64,000 bases of DNA from the IMG/VR virus record IMGVR_UViG_3300017707_001811, positions 37,573 to 101,572 of that record; one strand, 5' to 3'. The position numbers and the translations under genes are program-made. This document shows, piece after piece, positions 49,487 through 57,195 of the stretch. The stretch comes from a virus. Lineage: Duplodnaviria; Heunggongvirae; Uroviricota; Caudoviricetes. The notes beneath the pieces were generated by a model. It searched no databases and was not told the DNA's origin. It worked only from the letters and a program-made list of their open reading frames with translations. Numbering within the stretch: the stretch's first letter is position 1; the number at the start of each line of letters is the position of its first letter.

Positions 49487-50677
49487 ATGAGAAAAATTAA
49501 TAATTTAGTAAATAAAATTTTATCTGAGTCTTTAACTAAAAAGGCTAGTGAAATTACTGAGAAAATAAAAAATAAGTTAAAATATAATGAGTTTGACTAT
49601 GTTGCCGAAACTGAAATGAATGAAAAGTGGAAAGGTGATGTTGAGGTTGAAAAAACTGGAGAATATTCTGACATGAGTATTTCTGAAATTAACTCAGAAA
49701 TTAAAAAATTAAAATCTAAAACTGAAAAGTATAAAGAAGAAGGTAAAAAAGTCCCAACCTCAATGAAAGAAAAAATGAGTGAACTTTATTTTGCTAAAAG
49801 AGCTAAACAAGGATGGAAAGGAAAGGGTAAAGCGGTTGTTGATGAGGAAGAAATGGAAGAAGGAAATGCTTTTACAGGAGCACTTGCAAAGGCAAAAGAA
49901 ATGGGAAAAGATACTTTTGAAGTTGGAGGTAAAGAGTTTAAAGTACAAAAAGAATCAATTGTCTACCAAGTGGAAATTGATGGTGAATTAATTAATTTAT
50001 CTGAAAATGAAATGGTGGATATGATTGAGGATATTGTTTTAGAAGAAAAAATTAAGTCTAATATAAGAGGTACTGGTAAAGCTAAGGGAACTGTTGAGTA
50101 CGATAGAGTACATAAAAAAGACGAGGATATTAATGAAAAAGCAATAAATGATGTTGCTAAAAAAATGGAGGAATACGTTAAACCTGGGTCTAAATCCAAA
50201 TTTGACATGAATCCTAAAACTTTCCCAAAAGGTAATGGTGAATTAGGAGAAATGTCTAAAAAGGCATACCAAGCCTCAGATGCCGTTGAAGAGTATATCA
50301 CCAATTTTGCATATGCTCCAGGTATGGAAAATTTGAAAACAGATGAAATTGATTACAATGACGAGTGGGTTACAAAAAATATTGAAGGTTCTGAACTAAC
50401 AGGTAATTCTCCAAAATACGCAAATGCTGTCGATACTGGATTTGGTAAAAAGATAAACAAAAAGAGAAAAGAAAATTGGTATCAAAAAGAGTTAGACCAA
50501 AGTTATAATAGAGTTACCCAACCAGTAGACAACGCTGGAGATTCAAAAAAAGACGGTAAGTTAAAAAATATGTTTAAAAAATTGAAAGAATCTGAAAATG
50601 AAGAAACTGAAAATATCTTAAACGAAGAAATGGTTAAAATGAAACATCTTTTAACTTACAATAAAAAAACACAATAA
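49487..50677 (+). CDS. Modular Glu/Lys-rich head-associated protein
   Basis: TATTTATA at 49465; KILSE N-terminal motif, GNAFTGALAKAKEMG..TFEVGGK module, C-terminal ILNEEMVKMKHLL. Confidence 0.6.
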   Translation: MRKINNLVNKILSESLTKKASEITEKIKNKLKYNEFDYVAETEMNEKWKGDVEVEKTGEYSDMSISEINSEIKKLKSKTEKYKEEGKKVPTSMKEKMSELYFAKRAKQGWKGKGKAVVDEEEMEEGNAFTGALAKAKEMGKDTFEVGGKEFKVQKESIVYQVEIDGELINLSENEMVDMIEDIVLEEKIKSNIRGTGKAKGTVEYDRVHKKDEDINEKAINDVAKKMEEYVKPGSKSKFDMNPKTFPKGNGELGEMSKKAYQASDAVEEYITNFAYAPGMENLKTDEIDYNDEWVTKNIEGSELTGNSPKYANAVDTGFGKKINKKRKENWYQKELDQSYNRVTQPVDNAGDSKKDGKLKNMFKKLKESENEETENILNEEMVKMKHLLTYNKKTQ

Positions 50678-50705
50678 TTTACATATTAATTTTTATAGTT
50701 ATAAT
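50678..50705 (+). promoter_or_regulatory. sigma70-type promoter candidate
   Basis: TTTACA-16 nt-TATAAT upstream of ATG 50726. Confidence 0.45.
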
Positions 50706-50725
50706 TCTCCATATGAATAATACAT

Positions 50726-51202
50726 ATGGAGAATTTTTTTACATACATATCTAAACCTGTTGATAAGGAAGATGTTCAAATTTGGATTGAACGAAATAAT
50801 ATATGTTATGTTAAGTTCGAATTATTTCATGATTTTGTTAATTCTTTAATACATTTAATTTATACAACATATCTTGGAAATAATGTTGATAAAAGCACCA
50901 ACATATATTTTAGTGATGAGGACAATCTTAAACATTTTATTTGGTGTTGGCAAAAAGTAATAAGTAATTTTAAAAAAGAAGAAATTTATTTTGAAGAGGA
51001 CGGAGAGCATCTCGAATTCTTCAAAGGGTTTATTGTCGACACATTCTATAAACAAAAAATAAATGAGGTAAAGTATTCCTTAGACAGATTCTTCAACGAA
51101 ATATTTAATCTTGACTCAATGTATACAATGTCTGATTTGGACTTATTAAAAACAGTATATAAAAGTTTAGATAAAAATTTAATGAATAATAATTTACATT
51201 GA
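50726..51202 (+). CDS. Hypothetical protein
   Basis: 158-aa ORF with phage-typical codon usage. Confidence 0.65.
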   Translation: MENFFTYISKPVDKEDVQIWIERNNICYVKFELFHDFVNSLIHLIYTTYLGNNVDKSTNIYFSDEDNLKHFIWCWQKVISNFKKEEIYFEEDGEHLEFFKGFIVDTFYKQKINEVKYSLDRFFNEIFNLDSMYTMSDLDLLKTVYKSLDKNLMNNNLH

Positions 51203-51221
51203 TTAAAATAGAAATTATTTT
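51193..51221 (+). promoter_or_regulatory. sigma70-type promoter candidate
   Basis: TTTACA-17 nt-TATTTT upstream of the Hc1-like gene. Confidence 0.4.
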
Positions 51222-51255
51222 TAATATTATAATAAACAATTTTTTTTAAACACAA

Positions 51256-51432
51256 ATGGAAACAATTGAAAAAATTAAAGAACTTACAGAAACAATTTCA
51301 GTTGACGCTGGTAAGTTTTATAAGGGTAACAAAAGTGCAGGTACAAGAGCTCGTAAGACTGCTCAAGAATTGAAATCTTTGTTACAGACACTTAGAGTTG
51401 AAATTTTGAACGAATCTAAGAAAGATGCTTAA
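51256..51432 (+). CDS. Hc1 / 'histone H1-like' small nucleoid protein, 58 aa (not in ORF track)
   Basis: METIEKIKELTETISVDAGKFYKGNKSAGTRARKTAQELKSLLQTLRVEI; the KGNK[SA]AGTRARK motif is the Bacteroidota Hc1-like family hallmark. Confidence 0.8.
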   Translation: METIEKIKELTETISVDAGKFYKGNKSAGTRARKTAQELKSLLQTLRVEILNESKKDA

Positions 51433-51607
51433 TATAACAACTATATTTATTTTCTTATTCGTTCTAAACATCTTTAATGTGTTGAACGTTTTTTTAAGAT
51501 TTATAAGAGCTTTATTAAAACCTGAAAGATTTAGTATGGGAAAAATAGAGCTCTTATTTTTCTGGATATCATTATCATACATTATAACATTTATACTACA
51601 AAATTAA
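51425..51607 (+). CDS. Small membrane protein
   Basis: Two hydrophobic helices; coupled to both neighbours. Confidence 0.55.
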   Translation: MLNITTIFIFLFVLNIFNVLNVFLRFIRALLKPERFSMGKIELLFFWISLSYIITFILQN

Positions 51608-52047
51608 TGGGTTTATATAAAGAACTTTCACCAATTTCTAACTATCTTCATCAAATAAGAAAAATGGAAGATTATTTAGTCTTTGATATGCATTTTCCAA
51701 ATACATGGAAGATATTAAAAAAATTTATTACTGAGGATAGATTTGTAAATCATGGACAAATTGAAACTGATAAAATGATGTTATCATTTGTTTCTGAAAT
51801 TACAGATGAAAATTTAACATTAGTACATAGTAATATTTTAGGTATTATTAATTACAATTTGGAAAGAGAAATGAAAGATAGGTTACTACAATCTAAGATA
51901 GATGAACTAAGAACAATTTTTGAAAAACAAACCTTAGATAATTTAAAGTCTCTTAAATTTGATATAAAACCAACTTTAGAAATTAATTTAAATACAAATG
52001 GAAAATCAAAAAATGATGAATTGGTTAGAGAAAGCCAAGAAGAATGA
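51607..52047 (+). CDS. Hypothetical protein
   Basis: 146-aa ORF with TAATG coupling. Confidence 0.6.
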   Translation: MGLYKELSPISNYLHQIRKMEDYLVFDMHFPNTWKILKKFITEDRFVNHGQIETDKMMLSFVSEITDENLTLVHSNILGIINYNLEREMKDRLLQSKIDELRTIFEKQTLDNLKSLKFDIKPTLEINLNTNGKSKNDELVRESQEE

Positions 52048-52177
52048 TAGTATTGAATTAGAAGCTGAAAAGAAAAAAATTGTACAACAAATTAAAGGAT
52101 TAAGTAAGGAAGACGTAATCCCAAGACAAGTCAAATTAACATTATGGCAGAGAATAAAAAAAGCACTGAATTTCTAA
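51998..52177 (+). CDS. Small hypothetical protein, 59 aa (not in ORF track)
   Basis: ATG 51998 to TAA 52175-52177, MENQKMMNWLEKAKK...TLWQRIKKALNF. Confidence 0.55.
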   Translation: MENQKMMNWLEKAKKNDSIELEAEKKKIVQQIKGLSKEDVIPRQVKLTLWQRIKKALNF

Positions 52178-52368
52178 GTAAATTAGCATTATTAACCGAC
52201 GCAGCACAAGATTTGTGTAATGGTAAGGTTAGTATTATCTTTGAGTTGAATTTAGAAGATTTCAGAAATATGTATTTAAAATTTGAAGATAAAGTGGACA
52301 CAGAAAAAAAACAATTTAAAGTAGATATATCAGGTACCGATTTTATTTTTATTTTAGATGAGTCGTAG
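52144..52368 (+). CDS. Hypothetical protein
   Basis: 74 aa, ends in TAG. Confidence 0.55.
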   Translation: MAENKKSTEFLSKLALLTDAAQDLCNGKVSIIFELNLEDFRNMYLKFEDKVDTEKKQFKVDISGTDFIFILDES

Positions 52369-52984
52369 TATTTCTATATAAGAAATCTTTATTATACCCA
52401 TAATTTTCTAAAATCTGATACAGATATTTTTTTTGAGGACTTGAAAAATCTTTAACTATTATAAAATTTTTCTTATCTGAATATTTTGGTAGTAAATCTA
52501 AAAGTCTATCACAGTCGTATTCATTTTTCAACGAGAAAAGAGTGTACACATCATCAAATTGTATAACAAACTTATTATTAAGTTTTGATATCATATATAT
52601 TTTATTTTCATTTAAGTAAGATTTTAATAAATCATCAAAAGATATCCTCTTATTTTTTTTTACGTCAAAAATCTTTTCTTCTTTATTATATATTGAAATC
52701 TTATTAAGATATAAGTTAGAATCTAATTTAGGGTTTATAATAATATTTCTACCAATTTCATCAGTATAATGTATTTGGTCTTGTTTCCAGTTACTAGATA
52801 CTAAACCTATTTTATACTGACATTTAATTCCATTTTCATATTGGATGTTAAATTTTACGTTTTCAGATTCTTTTATTTTTTTATTAAAAAATTCATTTGC
52901 ATTATTTTCAGTTATGAAAGTTTTAAGAACCTTTCTTTTTTTATTATTTTTGAATATTATTACATAGAAATTTGATTCTTTCAT
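52349..52984 (-). CDS. Hypothetical protein
   Basis: 211-aa ORF; the only long frame here. Confidence 0.6.
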   Translation of the reverse strand: MKESNFYVIIFKNNKKRKVLKTFITENNANEFFNKKIKESENVKFNIQYENGIKCQYKIGLVSSNWKQDQIHYTDEIGRNIIINPKLDSNLYLNKISIYNKEEKIFDVKKNKRISFDDLLKSYLNENKIYMISKLNNKFVIQFDDVYTLFSLKNEYDCDRLLDLLPKYSDKKNFIIVKDFSSPQKKYLYQILENYGYNKDFLYRNTTTHLK

Positions 52985-53022
52985 AATTTTAATTTTAATA
53001 AATTTTTTAAAAAGATATAGAG

Positions 53023-53946
53023 TTGGAAAACTATTATGATATTTTAGGAGTCGCGGAAACCGCTACACAAGATGAAATTAAAAAGGCTTACAGACAAAAG
53101 TCAAAAGAACATCATCCTGATAAGGGAGGTAACGAGGAAACTTTTAAAAAGATAAATGAGGCGTATACTACTTTGGGTGACGATAATAAAAAAGTCCAGT
53201 ATGATAACCAAAGAAAGAACCCATTTGGTAATAATCCTTTCGGTGATATATTTGGAGATTTTTTTGGAGGTTTTGGAGGACAACAAGTTAAAAGGGCTCC
53301 TGATAAGATTATAAATGTACAAGTAGGTGCCGTAGATTCTTATTTAGGTAAAGAAATAAATATATTTTTTAACAGGAAAAATAATTGTCAACCTTGTAAT
53401 GGACAAGGAGGAACTAGAAATACTTGTAAAAAATGTAATGGTAGCGGATTTATTACACAAAGAGTTGGTAATGCGTTTTTCTCTAACATTATACAAACTC
53501 ATTGTAATGAGTGTAATGGTAAAGGTTATAGTCTAACTAATGTTTGTCAATCATGTTTAGGAGAGGGAAGAATCGACGAAACAAAATCAGTCTCAGTTAA
53601 TCTCCCAAAAGGAATATCTGACGGGCAGTTAATAAAGGCTGGGGGAATGGGTGATTACTCTAACGGTATGTTTGGTGATGTTATATTTAAAATTAATATT
53701 ATACCACAAGCGGGATTTGAAAAATCAGGTTCCGACTTAGTTTATAATAAATTTATGTCATTAGATGATTTTACTAAAGAAAAAATCCAAATTCCACATC
53801 CATCAGGTGATTTAAATTTAACATTACCTGACGACATAGACACAAGTAAACCACTTAAAGTAAAAGGTAAGGGTTACCAAAATGAAAATGGTGATTTATA
53901 TGTTAGAATGTATGTTAGACATAGAAAAAATAAGTTAGATTATTGA
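53023..53946 (+). CDS. dnaJ: Type I DnaJ chaperone
   Basis: J-domain with HPD (EHHPDKGG), four CxxCxGxG repeats and a C-terminal domain; TTG start. Confidence 0.93.
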   Translation: MENYYDILGVAETATQDEIKKAYRQKSKEHHPDKGGNEETFKKINEAYTTLGDDNKKVQYDNQRKNPFGNNPFGDIFGDFFGGFGGQQVKRAPDKIINVQVGAVDSYLGKEINIFFNRKNNCQPCNGQGGTRNTCKKCNGSGFITQRVGNAFFSNIIQTHCNECNGKGYSLTNVCQSCLGEGRIDETKSVSVNLPKGISDGQLIKAGGMGDYSNGMFGDVIFKINIIPQAGFEKSGSDLVYNKFMSLDDFTKEKIQIPHPSGDLNLTLPDDIDTSKPLKVKGKGYQNENGDLYVRMYVRHRKNKLDY

Positions 53947-54813
53947 ACTAACTAACTTATCAACATCAAACATTTCGGAAATTGACATATAAGGACACTC
54001 GTGGTTTATTCCCTCAAATGAGTAGTCAAATAAATATGAATCTATCAATTTTACTGTGTCTGAAGGTAAATTAGCAACAATGTTATTGTGTAAATCGTAA
54101 CCAAAATTTTTGGGTGAAGTACCAATCCAAATTACGTTAGACTTTAGACCAAGAGCTGACGATGCATGTTGTAAACATGAATCAATTAGGATTCTTTTAT
54201 CTGACACTAAAAGAATTGAGAATAAATCATTAGATGATAACTCATCATTAACAACCTCAACACCACTGAGTTGTCTAGAAGATGGTTTACAAATTTGAAT
54301 TATATGGTGAGTCCTTTCAAATTTTTTAACCAAAGACTGAGATACGTCAAAAGGAATATCTCTAGTCCATGAATATGGTTGTTTTGAATTAAAGGCACCT
54401 CCATTAGTTTGTATAACTAAAATAGGTTTTTCTCTGTACCATTTATTAGATGACCTTTTTTGTGGTAAATTTAAGTTAAGTACTGGAGTTTGATTTTTAT
54501 AATCAATACCTAACAAATCAGCCCAATTTTCAATTAGATGGGATTTTTTATGAATATGATTTGATTGATAATATGGTTCATGTCTGAAAATTATGGTGTC
54601 CTTATCTTTTATATAATCATCATAAAAATATTGAGTGTTACCTAATTTATAAACTCTATATATCGAATCATTATTTAAAAATACTTCAGGATATGATGCA
54701 ACGACTACTATTTTTCTATCTGAATATTTTTCTTTAAGTGAAGATAGTAATGAAGTTGCCGCAATATTTTTTCCTAAACCACCCTGTATGTGCCAAACTA
54801 TATATTTTTCCAT
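53935..54813 (-). CDS. Glycosyltransferase, GT9 (heptosyltransferase)-like
   Basis: GGLGK N-terminal loop and IDSCLQHASSALG...W.GTSP C-terminal motif (cf. DSG.MHLAAALG.P...FG.T.P). Confidence 0.75.
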   Translation of the reverse strand: MEKYIVWHIQGGLGKNIAATSLLSSLKEKYSDRKIVVVASYPEVFLNNDSIYRVYKLGNTQYFYDDYIKDKDTIIFRHEPYYQSNHIHKKSHLIENWADLLGIDYKNQTPVLNLNLPQKRSSNKWYREKPILVIQTNGGAFNSKQPYSWTRDIPFDVSQSLVKKFERTHHIIQICKPSSRQLSGVEVVNDELSSNDLFSILLVSDKRILIDSCLQHASSALGLKSNVIWIGTSPKNFGYDLHNNIVANLPSDTVKLIDSYLFDYSFEGINHECPYMSISEMFDVDKLVSSII

Positions 54814-55256
54814 TATTTTTTTGTCCCAATTCTTATAAATTTATACCAAACACGCTCATGAATAAAGTAAACTATAGGTTTAAATAACAATTCACCAATA
54901 CCAATTAGAGATGATAGTTCTAATGAAATACCTAAAGAAAAAGCTGAACCAACTGTTATTAAAGTACCTAATATACGATAAGAAATTGTTTTTAAAATGT
55001 GTCTTGTAAGTACCGATTCTTCTTTAATTGTAGTTATATAGGCTACAGTATTTTTTAATTCACATACTCCTTTACAGCTAATATGCCACTTAAATTCATT
55101 TAATTCGGGAACCCAATCCTTAGTTGTATAAGTATGACCATCAACAATTATATCGGAAACTAAAATTTCATTACCGTTTTCAATTAGTCTCCATCTCTCA
55201 CATTCATTTGTTGAGTTAGTATTGTATCTTATTTGAAAAGTTTTTATATTCTTCAT
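54813..55256 (-). CDS. Unknown N-terminal domain fused to DUF2061-like membrane hairpin
   Basis: C-terminal RHILKTISYRILGTLIT...ELLFKPIVYFIHERVW matches the DUF2061 pattern. Confidence 0.7.
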   Translation of the reverse strand: MKNIKTFQIRYNTNSTNECERWRLIENGNEILVSDIIVDGHTYTTKDWVPELNEFKWHISCKGVCELKNTVAYITTIKEESVLTRHILKTISYRILGTLITVGSAFSLGISLELSSLIGIGELLFKPIVYFIHERVWYKFIRIGTKK

Positions 55257-55651
55257 AATTTACCTTCAAGCCTCATTTGTTCCCTTATTTTAGTTGCAGA
55301 AATGTCGTGTATTTCTTGTGGAGGGATTCTTTCAATAATATCATATCCAACACCTCTACCAAATTCTATTGAACATATATCAGGTATAACCATCACTTTA
55401 ACCCTATCACTCAATTCTGAATAGTGTAACTCAATATTACTTTTAACTTCTTGTGCGGTAAATGGATTTTTTTCATCTGGCTCAATATCTCTAATACAAA
55501 TTAGAACATTCTTACCTTCATCCATAGCTTGTTTAAATAGCTCCTGGTGTCCTTTATGTAGAGGTTGCCACCTACCAACAAACATTGCAAATTGACCATC
55601 TTTTGATTTTAAAGAGGATTGAACGTGAAGTTTTTTATCCCAATTACTCAT
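55253..55651 (-). CDS. HxGH nucleotidyltransferase (cytidylyltransferase/NadM-like), candidate minimal sulfate adenylyltransferase
   Basis: FVGRWQPLHKGH, NPF and ISATKIR motifs; overlaps the APS kinase gene. Confidence 0.75.
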   Translation of the reverse strand: MSNWDKKLHVQSSLKSKDGQFAMFVGRWQPLHKGHQELFKQAMDEGKNVLICIRDIEPDEKNPFTAQEVKSNIELHYSELSDRVKVMVIPDICSIEFGRGVGYDIIERIPPQEIHDISATKIREQMRLEGKL

Positions 55652-56076
55652 TTTCTATTAAAAGGTATTAAATTAAGACATTCGTCTATAGTTTTATTTG
55701 TTGTATCGATATTAATAAAGTCTTCAGTTGGTTGTTCATATTCCTTAACAAAATTATGTTCTCTACCCCTGATTTCACTTGTGTGAACATATATTTCACA
55801 AACTTCATTAGTTTCCTTTAATGAGTTTCTCATTTTTTTATAAGGAGCAACAACAGAAATAACAACAGTAAATCCCTTGTGGTCTAAAAATCTAGCTAAA
55901 TCTAATACAGATTGGATATTTTTAATTCTACCTTCTGAAGAATAATCAAAGTTTTGAAATAGTTCTCTCAAACCATCTCCATCAACATTAATACAATTAT
56001 CTGAACACTTCTCAATTAAAGCGTTTGCTAATGTTGTTTTTCCTGCACCAGGTTGACCTGTAAACCAATAAATCAT
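55648..56076 (-). CDS. cysC: Adenylyl-sulfate (APS) kinase-like
   Basis: WFTGQPGAGKTT P-loop, VDGD.LR, R..NI, VVAPY, IYV and YEQP...IDT. Confidence 0.8.
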   Translation of the reverse strand: MIYWFTGQPGAGKTTLANALIEKCSDNCINVDGDGLRELFQNFDYSSEGRIKNIQSVLDLARFLDHKGFTVVISVVAPYKKMRNSLKETNEVCEIYVHTSEIRGREHNFVKEYEQPTEDFINIDTTNKTIDECLNLIPFNRK

Positions 56077-56336
56077 TGTGATATGTAGTTTTTACCCGAT
56101 TGAATTGAATCGTTAATATCCTGTAGTTGGTTTTGAGTTAATCCTGACATAAACCAATCTTTATTTTTCATCAATTCTAAATGTTTATAGTTTCTTTCTA
56201 CAGTATTTTTTTTTGTGTCAATATCGTCATTAATAAGTTTAGACCCATCGATTATACCATTTATTAGGTTCACTGAGTCAAATGCTGAATTAATTGACCT
56301 TGCAACATTTGGAACTCTTTCTTTTTCGTTATCCAT
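56073..56336 (-). CDS. Small helical protein resembling fibre-associated assembly proteins
   Basis: SVNLINGII...VERNYKHLELMKNKDWF resembles a motif I recall in or next to phage fibre genes. Confidence 0.45.
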   Translation of the reverse strand: MDNEKERVPNVARSINSAFDSVNLINGIIDGSKLINDDIDTKKNTVERNYKHLELMKNKDWFMSGLTQNQLQDINDSIQSGKNYISQ

Positions 56337-56342
56337 ATTATT

Positions 56343-57158
56343 TTATTTATAGTTAAATTTATTAAAAAACCAATTATAATGATTATATAATCTATTACAA
56401 TTTTCAATACCTAATATCTCATTATAATCTTCTTTTTGAGGAGAAAGAGTATTTTTAATGGTATGGTCACCAAAAATACCATGGATTACATCATTTTCAT
56501 GAGTTAATTGTTCTATTCTCTCAAAATCATGTTGATATGGAGGTATTTCTAAATAATTATAAATTCGTTTTAGTTCTAATTCAGGATTTGAAGTTAAATC
56601 TTCAAATCGGATAAATAAAATATCTTTATCGTATCCTTGGTGAATTGATTCATATAACCATTCTAAAGATGGACCAATTGGCGGAGATATCGAAAAGTGG
56701 TCAATTCTTGAATTAGTTGTCATATTTTTCAGCTCAGAAACATTTACTAAAAGAGGGTCCTTATGTGAGTTCTTTCTATAGTTTTTTTCCATTGAAGAAA
56801 AAATAGACCTAAGGTCTCTAACCATACAGATAATTTTTGGAGTACCGTAAAACCATTTTAAGAAATGGTAGTTACCAATCCAAGCTCTACTCTTATCAAT
56901 AACATAAGGTCTTTCAGTAATACCATCAAAAAAACCATTTAAACCTTTTTCACAAAAACTTCTTAATCCCTCTTTCATTTCATCAGGATTTTGAGCTTTA
57001 AATGCGTCTCCTGTTGAATATATTGTTCTGGCTTGTAAAATTAATTCTATAACACCTGATGTTGGTGTAGAATATATGTCAGGATTTTGCATTAATATAT
57101 TTTGAATTAATGTCGAGCCCGCTCTAGGTAAAGAGGCATTAAAAAATATTTTCTTCAT
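56343..57158 (-). CDS. PAPS-dependent sulfotransferase
   Basis: 5'-PSB loop SLPRAGST, 3'-PB motif VRDLRSIFSS and RFEDL..NPE..LKRIYNYL. Confidence 0.9.
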   Translation of the reverse strand: MKKIFFNASLPRAGSTLIQNILMQNPDIYSTPTSGVIELILQARTIYSTGDAFKAQNPDEMKEGLRSFCEKGLNGFFDGITERPYVIDKSRAWIGNYHFLKWFYGTPKIICMVRDLRSIFSSMEKNYRKNSHKDPLLVNVSELKNMTTNSRIDHFSISPPIGPSLEWLYESIHQGYDKDILFIRFEDLTSNPELELKRIYNYLEIPPYQHDFERIEQLTHENDVIHGIFGDHTIKNTLSPQKEDYNEILGIENCNRLYNHYNWFFNKFNYK

Positions 57159-57164
57159 GGGTTA

Positions 57165-57193
57165 ATTTTAACCTATAAAGTTATAAATGTCAA
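57165..57193 (-). promoter_or_regulatory. Near-consensus sigma70-type promoter for the sulfotransferase operon
   Basis: Minus strand TTGACA (57193-57188), 17 nt, TAAAAT (57170-57165), 6 nt before ATG 57158. Confidence 0.65.
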
Positions 57194-57195
57194 AG

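Noticed and set aside
53023-53946. DnaJ as a novelty
   Set aside because: Canonical type I architecture, and chaperone genes are common in large phages.
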